From Amoebophrya sp. A120 (taxonomy: Eukaryota; Protista; Dinoflagellata): a DNA stretch of 64,000 bases. Location: positions 3,528,768-3,592,767 of the forward strand of contig CAJINV010000009.1 in the NCBI GenBank assembly GCA_905178155.1. The letters run 5' to 3'. This document shows positions 12,001-25,327 of the stretch, one piece after another. A program made the position numbers and the translations under genes. The notes beneath the pieces were generated by a model, which saw only the letters and a program-made list of their open reading frames with translations, was not told the DNA's origin and ran no database searches. Position 1 is the stretch's first letter; each line of letters begins with the position of its first letter.

Positions 12001-13448
12001 TGAAAAGTCTTAGAATGGTGGTTTTTTTTCATCAATGCGATGAAGATGTGGAGACTTTTCTCGCAGGCACTGAAATTTTTCTAAAGAATAAAAAGGAAAT
12101 GAGAACTTTGAATCCCTTTCGTTCAACCCATTTTTATTTGACCACGTGCGCAAAAATCCAGGCCGCCTCTACTACCACCAAAACCGCATCTCCCGGGTTC
12201 TTGGCCAGCGCCGAGCACTACGTGGCCAACATGGGCTCCAAACTGTACGACAGCGTGAAGTATCCTGTGCAAAAGTATCGTACTCGTTGTATTGCAATCA
12301 TGCATTACAAATCTTTTTCTCAAGGTAAATCCGCATCACAAATTTTATCTCTCATGCTTTCTGAGAAAATTTGTAATGCATTGATACGAGTCTCCGATAC
12401 TTTTTCAGTGCATATGAAGCACTTCTTTACCGCAAGCGGAAAGACATCGTCGACAGCCGGTACTTCTAACACGAGCCGGGAAGAAATGGTGAAGACGAGC
12501 AAGAGAGCGAACAAGAAGATGAATAAATCCAGCGCCACCTCCTACTTCCGCAACCTCAACGCCCACGTGAAGAGCAAGAAGTCGCTTTCTTCCGCCCTGA
12601 AGAAACTCGCTGACTTCAACAACAAGCACAAGAACCTGAACAAGAAGTCCTCTCCGGTGGTGCACACCACGTTGAAATCGGTGAAAAAGGAGAAACAAAT
12701 CGTCCGGGAGGAGAGGACCAAGAATATGAGCAGCGTTTCTGTAGTTTCATCCAAGAAGAACAGTAAAGTCGCCACCAAGTTATCTCCGACGGGGAAAGAG
12801 CCAACCTCTTCTGACGAGAAAACGAAAACCAAAATCGTTCCCGCTGCTACCGAAAAGCACGAAGAGAAAAAGCACGAAGCGGTTGAGAAAACCAAGAAAG
12901 CCACGGGTGAGATGAGCATGAATGCCAAGGCGAAGCTGGTGCATCAAGCCCCCAACGCCGCAGAACCTACGAGCGACGTCAAAAACGCTGCGGAGGTCGC
13001 CACACACAGTCTGGCGAATTTGAAGAAGCAAAAGCATGAGCATGCTGCGGCTGTCCACACGGCGAAAAAAACTTCTACCGAGAAGCACGCTTCGGCTTCC
13101 TCTACTTCTGCGTCGGTCGGTAAAAACAAGGAGCATGACGAACACCAATCCGCGGTCGCGAGCAAGGTGGCTGCGATTAAAGCGCGGATCGCCAAGCGGT
13201 TTTACGAACATGAACAGAAGGAGAAACTGCAGAATGCGGTGCAGGACATGCAAAGTGGGAACAAGCAGGCCGAACAGGGCAAAACCAACAGCAACAAGCA
13301 AGAAAACGTGAAGAAAGCGGCGTCTGGTGTCGTGATGAACAAGAAAGCTTCTTCCTCGTCTTCTGTCACGCCCAAGAACAAGCACACCAAGCTCGACGAG
13401 GCGCTGAAGCACCTCCGGGAAATGCAGGCGAAAAAGAAGCATGCGTAA
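9081..13448 (+). CDS. Putative secreted Lys/Ala/Glu-rich coiled-coil protein (7 introners, 2 GT-AG introns)
   Basis: Hydrophobic N-terminus (MTRSLSISLPLVLYSSSCA, ATG at 9108 or 9081). The frame is continuous after removing the introners and GT-AG introns 10039-10176 and 11781-12161, and ends in ORF 11976..13448. Confidence 0.7.
9370..9651. mobile_element. Introner family A
   Basis: Family A TIRs; TSD AGTGA. Confidence 0.93.
9700..9971. mobile_element. Introner family A (diverged)
   Basis: TATCAAATGCAAAT...ATTTGCATTTGATA; TSD TTCCA. Confidence 0.9.
10231..10392. mobile_element. Introner family B
   Basis: Family B TIRs; TSD CAATG. Confidence 0.93.
10462..10752. mobile_element. Introner family I
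   Basis: TATGGGAACGCCAA...TTGGCAACGCCATA; TSD GCCAA; related to 17662-17896 in reverse orientation. Confidence 0.88.
10798..11064. mobile_element. Introner family D
   Basis: Long TIR TATGACCTGCTCAAATCGGTT...AACCGATTTGAGCAGGTCATA; TSD AGCAG. Confidence 0.93.
11096..11363. mobile_element. Introner family A
   Basis: Family A TIRs; TSD AAAGC. Confidence 0.93.
12261..12414. mobile_element. Introner family B
   Basis: Family B TIRs; TSD TGAAG. Confidence 0.92.
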
Positions 13449-14431
13449 GCATGAGCGCCTGGCTGCGTGTAGCACTGAAACCAAAAGTGCGACGAGTATA
13501 AGGCTTTTGTAGCTCTGCATCTGCAAATGAACGTTAAGCAGCATCACGATGGTTTCGATTCTTTTCCGGCACTGAGATAGATTACGACCAAAGAAGTATT
13601 CACAATGAGTTGTTTTTTCCAGAAGGAGGTTCTGAAATTTCACTTCTAAGTATGTAGTCGAGCGTCACTACAGCAACTCTGCGCTGCATCAAAACAGATA
13701 GAATTTGCAGCACCAATGTATGGCGCCAGGCGCATAAGATGACGTGGGTGCACCCCATTGCGGTTGGATGGTAGTTGTGGACCGTTGAAGATGTTTTTGG
13801 AAAGAGTACCCGGTTCTATTATTGCTCGTCGTCGCTCTTTTTGCATCGTCCGCATTATTTCGTCGAAAAAAACAATCGTGCTCCAGATAAAAAAAAATAC
13901 GCGATGCCGGTATGAATAGATCGTTATTTACTTCCTCTTCGTTGGCTTACCCTCCTTCGACGTCGGCTTTCTTCTTCGTAGTTCGTCCCATATGTCGTGC
14001 ACTGAAATAGAAATCTAGTCGTTTGTTTGTTTCGTCTTTATGTTTGTTCGCTCCGAGGCTGAGCTCTTCTGGGTTGTACTTGGTTATTAAGCAGTATGTT
14101 GTAAAAATCTCTTGACCTCTTACTTAGTATGTTTGTGCTAAATTTTTGTGTTTCATCTTCCAGGGTCAGTGATTTCTACGTTTCTGTTTCTGTTCTTTTC
14201 GAACCCGAATATTTTCATTTAGTCGTTCATCCCATATCGTTCGTGATAGGGGACCACGACCACCAACTGTATGCCTAGTGTCCCTGCTTTGGCGCCTCAT
14301 TTGGAATCGTAGACAAGTTGTTTGTCCGCGAATTCTGATTTTCATTTTCCAACCTGAACATCGTTTCCCTTGTGGAGCTACCTACTTCCAGTTCTTGTGT
14401 GAAACGGTATTTCGATCGACTTTGACCGACA

Positions 14432-17400
14432 ATGTTTTTCAACCGTCACTTTTTCCATCGCCAAAGGAGAACATTTAACACAAAGAGCCAGCACTTTTTT
14501 CACCAAACCCTCAAAAATGCTGCTCTTCCCCTCGCCTCCGCGAAGGCAAGCGTGTGGGGCTGGAATCAGCTTCACAGGAGAGACGAACAAAATAAACAAG
14601 CAGATACAGGAAATTCTGGTACTAGTACTATCGCAGCTGCGAAACCACGGGGTGGAGATCTACGAACAGGTGCAGGTGCTGGGAACAGCAGAGTTGAACG
14701 TGCACAACAGGACTTCGGCGTAGAAGTTGATAACTACACGACGGCCACGTGCAAGAATTCTACGCAAAAAGCTTCACCACGGCCTGGGCAACTGCACATC
14801 CCTAGTAACCCCCCCTCCTGGCAATTCGGGGTGATCTTGCGAGGACCCCGAGGTCTTCAGAAAACAACGGTAGCGCACTGTGAAGAAGGAGGCCGAGGCA
14901 CAGTGCGTGGATCTACGCGTGGATCACCACGCGGAGCTGGTGCACCTGGACTTGACGACTTCCGAAGCACAGTGACGAATTTCGTTCCCGGCTATAATGG
15001 GGTACCAGTTGCTGGCGCAACAGCTTTTTCTGCTGCACCACGACAGCGTCCAACATCACAGCAGCTTTCCGATGGTGCAGCTCAACTATCCGATGAAAAA
15101 AACGCACAACAACCCTACGACGTCGCCATTATCGGTGCGGGCATTGCCGGCACGGCGCTGACCTATTTTTTGGTGGAGGAGATTGAAAAACAACGGAAAT
15201 CGAAAAACTACAACTATCGCAGCAACAAACCGTTTCGAATTTTGCTGCTAGATAAGGAAACCGCGGGCGCGGGCGCTACCGGATTGTCGATGGGAACGCT
15301 GTTTCCGTTATTCCATATCAAATGTAAAAATGTCTGGGTCTGGAAGGTAGGAACTTGTCATGCTAAATCTGCAGCATGCAAAAATCTGTGTTGCATGATT
15401 GCCAAAAGTCGCCCAGTTTTGATCAAGTCGGAAGGTAGTTTCTCATGCAGGATAGGCATTAGAAACGTCTCGCAGAATCTGTCATGCTAGGTCCGGCATT
15501 CCAGACCTCATAGGTCATGGAAAAGCAGCATGACAAATCGCGCATTCTTCCAGACCCAGACATTTTTACACTTGATATTCCAGGAGGACGTGGAAATCGA
15601 GAAAAACGATTTGAAGCAACTCAAAGACAGTGAATTAGACCAGTTTGTCACCCACGGGACAACTGAGATGCTGAAAAAGCTGCAAGACGAGCTACGGGTG
15701 GATAATGCTAGAAGTACTCTTTCAACATTCCGCCCAGGCCCAGCCGGACGACGAGGAGAGCGTCAACACGCTGGGACCGACGACGATGATGAAGATGATC
15801 CCCACGACGAGGACTTTATCCTGTGTAAAAGTATAGTATTCGTATTGCAATCATGCATTACAAATTCTTTTGTTCAGTTAAATCCGCATTACAAATTTTA
15901 TTTCTCATGCTGAGAAAATTTGTAATGCATTTATACGAGTGCGATACTTTTGCAGTTCATAGACTTGTTTTTCCACCAAAACGGAGCGTATATGGTCGCG
16001 CCGCGGGGGAACAGTATATCAAGTGCAAAAATGTCTGGGTCTGGAAGATTGCCAGGTTTGTCATGCATATTTTGCATAACCCATGATGCCTGTAATGCAT
16101 GACCTAGCATCACAGACTTTTTGAGCGCCCTCTGATGCGTATTCCGCATGACAAATGCCCATTCCGCGTAGCACAAACTGCACTCCTCTTGCTGGTCATG
16201 CAATACAATCTTTTTCAGAATCCAAAGACAGCATGACAAGTTCCTACCTTCCAGACCCAGACACTTTTGCAATGCATACAGTAAAGTGGAAGCCTATTTG
16301 CAGAGATTATTCAAACTTTGGAAGAACGAAAGGTCGTACGATGTTGAGTTTCTAGAGTCCGAAGAGGAAGTGACCCGGAAGATGTTTCCCGATTTCGTCT
16401 CAGAAGATGATCCGAAAGCAGAAAATCAAAATCACCTCCCACGGCGTGTCAACGTCTACGCCTACGGCGACCGGACGGATAAAAGGGGGATCAAAGATGG
16501 TACTACCCCCTGCATGGCCATTTACGCGCCCCGGGGCGGTCTGGTGGATCCGGGGGCGGTGAACCAGTTGTTTCTAGACATGGCGCTGGAGAAAGCAATG
16601 GAGTCGACCTTCAATAGGAACAGTTTGGTTGTGACAGTTCAGGAAAACGCGGAGGTGGTGCAAGTGGTTTTGCCGGCCGCAGGGACCGGGACGACCGTCA
16701 CTGGTACAGAAAAGGCACTAGCGCGTGGAGGTGACGGTGGAGGTGGTGGTGGTAGGGGCCGTGGTCTGTCTAGTTTTTTCTCTGCAGCAGGAACAACAGC
16801 AGCTCCGACTATACCGAATAAAAGCGCAGACTTTCATTTGTCAGAAGTCGAGGAGATCGACGCCCGCCAGTATACTCTGGAAGATCAGTGTTTGTTTCTG
16901 GATGAGAATCCGCTGAGTAACTGCATTGAGATCCACGTGAGGAGGCCAGTCCAGGTTCAAGCCCAAGGTTATCATGCCCGCCGCAACGGACGAGAATCAG
17001 AAACTTCTACTTCTTCATCCTCCCGTGCTGAAGAGCTGGAGCTAGAAGAGGAGCTGTATCAGCGGCAATTTGACAAGGAGACACTAACAACTGCTGGCTC
17101 TGCCTCTGGTCGTGGAGAAGAAATGAAAGTGGTACAACAAGACCACAATATGAATATAGTCGAAACGGTCCACGCGAAGTCGATTGTCTTCGCGAACGGC
17201 ATCGACATTCCGAAACTCTTCGACGAAGGACAAATTCTCAGGCGGGAGGACGAAGGGATGGGCAACAGAAACAGCAACAGCGACTACAGCAGAAATTTTA
17301 GTACAAATAAAGGACTCAGTTGTATCGACCTCCCCATCCCCATCGTTCCTGTTCTTGGCACGGTTGTCCAGTCCGAAATCCGCAACACGAACCTGAAACA

Positions 17401-19273
17401 GAACAAACCCTTCTGCTTCTTCTCCGCGGAATCCTTCCAGTATTGGGACGAGGAAGTGGACGATTACGGGTTGCAAATCCAAAGTGCCGGCAAAGTCGAA
17501 AGGGTGAAAAACGGGATCAAAACCACAACCGAGAAGGTCAAGAACGGAACGAAGGATTTTTTGATGAAAACTTCCAACAGCTACAACACCACTGAAAGAG
17601 CCGCTGCGGTTATCCCGATGAAATCCACCTACGACCTGGATGCGAAGGAGCGCGCGTTTCATATGGCGTTGCCAAATGTTACATTCTCAGCTATTACATG
17701 ATTTGTCATGCAATATTCTCAGCAGTATCTACCTCATCAAGCTGTCTCGCATGACAACTTTCCGAAGGGCTAAATAGCATCTAAATCTGTGCCAAACCCG
17801 TAATGCAAAAGGCGTAATCTTCCCCCTTGCACTTTTGCCATTCTTGCATTACAGATTCATGCAACAGTTGAGAGCGTAACGTTTGAGAGTGCCATACTTC
17901 ACATTTACGGGATTATCGGGAAAAACGACCCGACGGAGCTATATCAAAACGAAAAATCCCCCCTCCCCATATCGAAAAGGTATGTTTCCGAAAATTTGTG
18001 TTGCAGATTTGAGGTCACAAATCACATTTGTCTTGCCAGAAGACAAGGGCAGAAGCTGCCGCCCCATTATGGAAGCGGTTTGTCATACTGCTGGCCCTAA
18101 AAGTGACCCGCTTGCCATGCTGAACAACTAGACCCATACGCCCCTGCCTAGCCTGGAGATCTGGCCACAGTGCCTCTCTACAATACAAACCGGATTTGTG
18201 TACACAAATCCAGCATCAGAGGTTCCGTTTTGATATGGGGAGGGAGGATCTTTCCTTTCGATAAGCTGTTACTCGGCTTCAGCCGCGAGGCGTTTTGCTC
18301 GTACCGGAAACGGGAAGAATTCCGGCAATCCTTGGACAGCTACTTGCATTTCATGTCCTACTGTTCGCCGTTTATGTGGCACGGGCTAGCAGCGATGGTG
18401 AACGTGTTGGAGAACATGACTGGGAGTAAGAGTACTGTATTTTCGGGGATCTTCTCTGGAAATTCTAATTCATCAGGTCCGGAAAACGCAGTGAAAGACG
18501 AGACCAGTCGAAAGTTTTTCGATACCATCCTGAAGCAGCATCTGGACACGGTGAGAGACCTTCGGGAGTCCTGGTCGGAAGAAACCATACGGGCGGAGAA
18601 ACAGCAGAAATATTTGGAGTACACGAAGTTCATGTTTTTCACCGGGATTAAAGCGCCGGAATCCATCCTGACCAGGAAGATCAACAAGGAGATGGAAGAG
18701 ATTGTAAATTCTGGCGTGTCTGTAGAAAAGGAGGTGACGACGGAGCAGACGTCGTCGAAAATTGGAAACGGCCCGCACATCCGACCAGAGTTGCAGCCTG
18801 GGTGGGAGGGCTGGCAACCGTTTTCGGTGTATGGAAAACCGCTCGTTGGGCCGTTGGACTGTTGGTCTGGAGGAACTGCCGCGAATAAAGATACTAGTAG
18901 CACAACGCAGGACCGAGAAAGCATAAAAACGTCCTCTGCGGAAACCGAAATTTCGCACAAGGAAGGAGAGGAAATGTCCGACACAACGGAACGCAAAAGT
19001 TCTCTTCCAGCCAACGTCTATATCGCCGGGGGATTTGGGCCGGCTGGGATCAAGCTGGCTCCTTTTCTGATGAAAATTTTGGCCGAACGGGTCGTGCACG
19101 ACGCACGAATTCGGGAGGAGAGTGAGGCGCTAAATGGAAATACAGGTAAAAGCTATGGTGGAGACGTACTACAACAGCTAGACTCTCGCAATCGCAGACT
19201 CCTTCGTTACTACGACCCCAATCCCGCTGTTGAGAGGTTTCGAAGAGATTTGGAAAGAGCGAGGGCGAGATAA
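14432..19273 (+). CDS. FAD-dependent oxidoreductase, DAO/glycine-oxidase family (5 introners)
   Basis: Rossmann motif YDVAIIGAGIAG, then LLDKETAGAGATGLSMG, GGLVDP, WEGWQPFSVYGKPLVG and C-terminal NVYIAGGFGPAGIKLAP. Frame restored by introner removal. Start codon uncertain. Confidence 0.85.
15316..15577. mobile_element. Introner family A
   Basis: Family A TIRs; TSD TTCCA. Confidence 0.93.
15817..15961. mobile_element. Introner family B
   Basis: Family B TIRs; TSD GACTT. Confidence 0.93.
16017..16278. mobile_element. Introner family A
   Basis: Family A TIRs; TSD CAGTA. Confidence 0.93.
17662..17896. mobile_element. Introner family I
   Basis: TATGGCGTTGCCAAA...GAGAGTGCCATA; TSD TTTCA/CTTCA. 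Confidence 0.87.
17942..18263. mobile_element. Introner family E
   Basis: TATCAAAACGAAAAATCCCCCTCCCCATATC...GATATGGGGAGGG...GATA; TSD AGCTA/AGCTG. Confidence 0.9.
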
Positions 19274-20045
19274 GGTTTATTCAGTTTCACTTTCAGTTTC
19301 GCTTTAAATACGACTGCTGGTTTTGGTTTCTTTTTGCCAAGAGCGGGAATAGCTATAGCATGTGAACAAGATTCAACATCAACAGCACTCTCGAGATTTT
19401 GTCTTTTCGAAGGTTATCATCTTCGCTCCTCGCGTGATATTCTGTGCGCGCGTAAAGTTTTTTGTCGGAGGCGCTTGCCGATGTGTTCGTTGCAGTTGTT
19501 TATTTCGCTAGGATTACGATTATCGCAAGCTCGTGTTCATCGTCCTCTCCTCGCGTTGTCGATCTCAAAGCCTGCTTCTGTGTTGATCTTGTGAAAGTAC
19601 TTACTTGCTTTTGTTCGTCGTGGAGTTCCCAAGAGTAGAACGACCGAGCTGAGCAGCAGGACGAGAGTTTTACTTGTGCCCATCTTTACACGACCCCCCC
19701 TAGCTGTATGTGAAAGGACGAAGCTGCTATTGCAGTATCGCATTAGGATTAGAGTTCATCGTTAGTTTGCTGACGGCACAGAAACAAATAGCTCCCGTTC
19801 ATCACTCTGGAATGATGAGTAGAACACGAGGACAAAGTGAACTCAATTCCAAGACGATTCTGCTTTTTGTTGGAGTTTTTTTACGAAAAAGAAAAATCTC
19901 CTCAACAAGAAGCTGAAGCAAACTACGACAACCGCGGCGGTTAGTCGGTTTTTTGCAAGGTGGAACTAGAACAATTTCTTCAACATCACCACCTCTGACG
20001 ACAATAATAAAAACACCGTTGTCAAGACAGAGCGAAATCAAAAAC

Positions 20046-23000
20046 ATGTCTCCACCTATCCAGCACGTCCCAGGCTATAAGGTAGTCCTTCTCGGCGACG
20101 CCTCGGTGGGAAAATCATATGCATTGCAAATATGTCTGGGTCTGGAAGGATGCAACTTACCATGCTGTCTTTGGATCGGAAAGAAAAATTGTATTGCGTG
20201 ACCGGGAAGAGGACGAGTCCAGTTCGTGCTACGCGGGGAGGGCACTTCTCATGCGGAGTACGCATCAGAAAACGGTCTCAAAATCTGTCATGCTAGGTCA
20301 TGCATCAGAGGCATCATGGCTTATGCAAGATACGCATGACAAACCTGGTAATCTCCTTCAAGATCCAGACATCTTTGCATTTGATAAACCATCACTGGTG
20401 ACAAGATTTGTGAACAACAGGTTCTCGGACAACAGTGAGGCAACGGTGGGTGCGGCCTTCTCAGCGCAAATAGTGACGACGGAGGAGGGGCAACAGGTAT
20501 TAAAATGTAGATTTTTTGTATACCAACCTGCATGATCTGGTTGTGATGTTTGAACATGTGAACCAGTATTCCTGAGACCCCCCAGATTATATTTGTATGT
20601 CAGGACACGAGGGGGCCTGCCCCTAATTGTCCTAGAAGAAACCCGGCCTCTAAATCGCTTTCTCATACAAATTTGTTATGTTTTATGGTCCGCTGTTTTC
20701 CCGGCGGACCCTTGGGAAACTGGTTCTACCGTCCGGCACGGGGCCCCCAGGACTTCCCGGGGCCCCCGGACGCGAAGGGACCTACAATGCCTCTGCGCCG
20801 TCGTTTTGTATGGTTCCGCGCTAGCACCGCGGCGTTCCGCTTAGCCGCGGCCGCGCTACGCCGCACTACGACTACGCACATTCGGCAGTCGCTCGGTCAT
20901 CTGCATTCTCACGGACTGTTAGCAAAAATACAGACGCCATCGAGAGTGAGTGTCCATGTGAGCAGTGGCCAAAAAGAGCTGCGAGCCGCGTATTATTTGC
21001 CCTTGCCCTCGAACGCGCGCGCGCGCGCTATTTCTTCGCGCCAAGTTTGTGCTGCGCGCGCGAGCGCTCCTGCTTGTGGTAACCGCAAAGCCGCGGTGCG
21101 CCGTTTCTGCGCGAGTCTTCCGCATGCCACAATGAACATTCAACCACAGCCACACCACTTCCGCTCCACATACAAAAAAGCTGTATGTTCCGCGCAGGAC
21201 AGACAAATACTGCGCGTTGTCAGAAAAAACTTTTCTGCTCATACGTCTTTTTGTCTGTTTTGTGTGCTTTTTTCTGTTCTAGGTACCCTTCGCGTCCCGG
21301 GTACCTTTCGTGTGCTGCTTCATATGCACCAGCGCAAAGACAATCAAACAGTGTTTTTCTTTTTACATGATGATGTCATACTCCAAGGTAAAATTTGAAA
21401 TATGGGATACCGCCGGTCAGGAGAGGTTTCGATATGGATTGCAAAAGTATCGTACTAGTAGCAATCGCATTACAAATTGGCTTAGCATGACAAATGGAAT
21501 TTGTCGTGCTGTTTTGCCTTGGGATGGAGATTTGTAATGCATGACTGCGATTCCTACGAGTACGATACTTTTGCGCAGGATATTCGATCACTAGCACCGA
21601 TGTACTACCGCGGTGCAGCGTATGGGAGTGTCAGGATCGAAATCGTCAAAGTTGAAATAATTTGTAATGCATAAAATGCGATACAAAAAGTGACTCTATT
21701 GCAGAGGACCCACGGGAGGCAGATTATAGTCCTGGTAAGGGTCAAAAGTTGGGCTGCTAACTAGCATGACAGAAGGCAGCTCTTTTACCCTAAACCGCAT
21801 GACAGACGCGCTTCCAGGACCGGGAAAATTTGTCATGCACCGACTACAAACTGTAGGTCTAACTGGTATCCGTTTTATGCATGACAAACTATTTCAACTT
21901 TGACGATTTCAAACCTGACGCTTCCATACAGCGTGCGCGATAGTGGTGTTCGATGTATCACAGGAGCCGACGCTAGACAAGGCCAAGGATTGGGTCGACG
22001 AGCTCCGACAAAACGTCCAGGATTCAGGTACAGTGAGTTTTCACTTAGGTTTCTTTGTGTTGCAGTTCTCGCATGGTAAATCTTGTCCTCACGACGTTTT
22101 TGCAATACAAGTCTACTATGCAAATGCAAAATTATCAGAATTCCTGGTCATCGCTCTGGCGGCCAACAAGATTGACCTGCGATCCGACGTATCAACTGCA
22201 AAAATGTCTGGGTCTGGAAGGATGCAACTTGTGATGCTAAATCCGAACCATGCAAAAATCTGTGATGTTGCATGAATGCCAAAAGCTCTCCACTTTCGAA
22301 CAAGTTGGGAGTTGGGAGTTTCTCATGCAGGATAGGCATGACAGAGACCCCGCAGAGAGTCTGTCGTGCTAGGTCGCGCATTCCAGCCCTCACGGGTGAT
22401 GAAAAACCTGCATGACAAGTTTACACTCTTCCAGACCCAGACATATTTGCATTTGATACGACGTGGGCCGAAAAGCGTTGGAATACGCCAGAGAGGTATG
22501 CAAGGAAAAAACTATGTGAGTGTAAGTCTGTGATGCAAAAAATGCAAAACTGTCACACTTGTGATGCTGGATGTGCGTCATAGGCTACTTCCATCCGTGT
22601 TTTCACATACTAATTGCGCATGACAGGTTTCCCCTGTAATGCAAAACGAATTTGTGATGCTGCTCTTCCTACAAAGCTACACTTACACAGTTTTTTTCCT
22701 GGATAAGAGGAGGGCCTTCTCTACGCAGAAACCAGCGCCAAGACCGGTATCAAATGCAAAAATGTCTGGGTCAGGAAGATTCTGAGACTTGTCGTGCCTG
22801 TTTTGCATGACCGCGGATGTCTGTAATGCACGACCTAGCATCACAGATTTTTAGAGGGCTCCCTGATGCCTCCTCCGCATGACAAACGCCCTCCCCGCGT
22901 AGCACAAACTAGACTCCTGCTCTTGCTGGTCATGCAATGCAGACCTTGTTAGAGTCCAAAGGTAGCATCACAAGTTCCAACCTTCCAGATCCAGACACTT

Positions 23001-23240
23001 TTGCACTTGATAACCGGCGCTGGTGTGCGAAATCTGTTTGACGAGCTAGCCCGGACGGTGCCGGAAATGGTCAGGAGAAAGGAAATCGAAAAGTCACGAC
23101 AGTCGGAGATGAGCAGCGCGGCACACAACCTGGACGGCTTTCGGGTGGGCGGCAACATGGACAGGAAAAAGATGGAAGGGTTCGGGGGCAATAATAACAA
23201 CAGTGGCGGGTTCGGAGCGGGTTGCTGTGGTGCGACGTGA
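20046..23240 (+). CDS. Rab GTPase, Rab5/Rab21/Rab22-like (6 introners, 2 GT-AG introns)
   Basis: Spliced protein contains [51 protein letters not shown] and a C-terminal CCGAT prenylation motif. GT-AG introns at 20497-21387 and 22028-22138. Confidence 0.95.
20118..20386. mobile_element. Introner family A, splits the Rab P-loop (GKS|S)
   Basis: Family A TIRs; TSD AATCA/AACCA. Confidence 0.93.
21433..21582. mobile_element. Introner family B
   Basis: Family B TIRs; TSD TTCGA; splits QERFR|SLAP. Confidence 0.94.
21621..21928. mobile_element. Introner family J (single copy here)
   Basis: TATGGGAGTGTCAGG..GAAATCGTCAAAGTTGAAATA / TATTTCAACTTTGACGATTTC..CCTGACGCTTCCATA; TSD CAGCG. Confidence 0.92.
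22190..22458. mobile_element. Introner family A
   Basis: Family A TIRs; TSD CGACG. Confidence 0.93.
22497..22705. mobile_element. Introner family H
   Basis: TATGCAAGGAAAAAACT...AGTTTTTTTCCTGGATA; TSD AGAGG (can also be read as a GT-AG intron). Confidence 0.9.
22748..23012. mobile_element. Introner family A
   Basis: Family A TIRs; TSD ACCGG. Confidence 0.93.
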
Positions 23241-24187
23241 TAGAAATGCTATAATGCTTGTTGTGTGGTGAAGAAATTGTGAGAAATAGTTTTTGGTTGA
23301 CGAGACAACTTGTACAACTATGTAGAAAAGTTGAAAACTCAAACTGAAAACTTTCGATTTTGTTAAGATCCTTCTACGAAGAAAAAATCAGTCATCCTTT
23401 TACAAACAAATCTAACGATAGCTGTTGCGCAGTAGATGAAGTGGCAGTGCGGTGACCCGCCGTCGTGGTGCCACGGCCTGGAGTCCAAGAAGCGAAGCCT
23501 ATGTAAAGACACTTTGAATTTTATCAATTTTGTCATGAAAACAACAAGCAGAACTTGTAGAACACATCGAGTTTGTTGGCAAATTATTTCATCATAGAAA
23601 TATAATTGCCTCAAAGGCAGCTGTGTCGTGGACCTACTTTTGATCTTGAGCTATGATCTACTACTGACTGCTCGAATGATTTCTGAGTTACTTATTTGTC
23701 TGCTGTGAATTACTATTACAGCACAGGAGGGCGAATAATTTTCGGGGCAAGCGCAAGCTTGTGGGAAATAAAGACAAAGAGGAAACACCAGAGCAACTCA
23801 GAAGAGTATTTTGCACGAATGCCTGTGGCCTAGCTGCAGATAACGAGTCTTGGGCCCGTTTTCGTCCTGCTGGAGATGAACGTAGCTGTGTAAAGACGCT
23901 GCATATAATGTTCCATCGTTTTCACCCCGACCTCTGCTTTGTCTCTTTTTTCTGTGACACACAGCAGCAGTAGGTCGTCGTCGCGTGCGTTGTCCACCGA
24001 AATCGTAGCCCACTTCTCTCGCTGCTGTATACAAGAACGGTTGACTGAGATAATGAAGGAAAAAAGTGCTGCAAGAACCACGCCTTCAAATACTAGCTTG
24101 TTGCGAAAGATTATGCTTCTCCTGAGATGAAGATGAAATAGAATTTCTCTTACTCTATTACATGAAAACTATATTCTCTTTCTCATC

Positions 24188-25327
24188 ATGAGTGCCCAAT
24201 CCCATCTGTCCGACAGTGTGTACACCACATCCGTCCATGGGTGGCGCCCCGACCTGGTGGATTTTCTCGACGAGGTATGCAACACAAATTTCCTGTACAT
24301 GTACAAATAAATGCATCACAAATTTCACCAACTTGGAGCATGCCGCTTGTCATGCTGAGTAGAGTATAAAAGAAAAGTTTGTCATGCAGAAACCGCATTT
24401 GTATACAAATGCTGGAAATTTACCGTGGATACGAGGAATGGCTCTCCGAGCAGCTGCCCGACGACGAGCTGAACCTCCCGAATCTACCGCCCTACAACCA
24501 CCCGGGCTCGCGACCGGACCAGGACCCCTTTGCGATAAGCCCGCAATTGGCAAAACTCTCCCTGCTGCAAAACCGGAAGCAACAGTCCAACGTTGGGTGT
24601 CTGAATTTTCTGGAAGCGGTGTTGGACCTGAATGAGGAAGACTTTTTGGAGTACGTTTTCCAGGCGGGGAACGCAAACTACGGTGGGAATGTGTTGAATT
24701 TGTCCAATCTGAAACGAACGAAAAACGTCGGGAAAGGTTCTGCCGGTGGTGGCAGCTCTGCGGGCTTCAGTAGTAGTTCCTCCGGGGCAGCAGGAGGGGG
24801 ACATCACTCTACTAATGGCACGGCAAGTCATGGACCTGGTGCGTCGAGCGCCGCTCGGCAAAACGCAAATTCCGGGCTGAAGAACCACCAGAATCCGAGG
24901 TCCATGCTCAGTGAATACATCGGGCACGATATCAAGAGTAAAAACGTTGTCCCCACCCCGCCAGAGTCAAGATGGCGATTTTGCTACAGAAAGGAGCAGG
25001 TTTTGGCTGTTGCGCATGACAAGTTTGTTTCTGCTCGTAGCGTAGCCCTGTTTAGCTAGTAGTGCGACCGCATCACAAATCGACTGCCTTATCCTCCCTC
25101 CAGCATGACAAATCCCGAAATAGCGTATGGAAAATGCTCCTCATGGGGTTGCGCACCATGAGAAACACTTTACGCATGCCACTTCACATGAGAAGTCTTG
25201 GGTGGGGACGTTTTCACACATGATGCACGAGTTGTTTTCTACCACGATGCGGGAAGACGAGCACGATTTGGATGTTTTGGGCCAGGAGTTACCCCTACCG
25301 GCGGCGTATGGGGCCTATTGCCTTTGA
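24188..25327 (+). CDS. Putative anaphase-promoting complex subunit 13 (APC13/Swm1)-like protein (2 introners)
   Basis: Spliced N-terminus MSAQSHLSDSVYTTSVHGWRPDLVDFLDEEWLSEQLPDDELNLP resembles the Apc13 N-terminal motif as I recall it (DS..Y...H...., D/E-W....LP.DD). Not searched. Confidence 0.5.
24276..24431. mobile_element. Introner family G
   Basis: TATGCAACACAAATTTCC...GGAAATTTACCGTGGATA; TSD CGAGG. Confidence 0.9.
24930..25225. mobile_element. Introner family K (right end ATG instead of ATA)
   Basis: TATCAAGAGTAAAAACGTTGTCCCCACCC...GGGTGGGGACGTTTTCACACATGATG; TSD CACGA. Confidence 0.85.
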
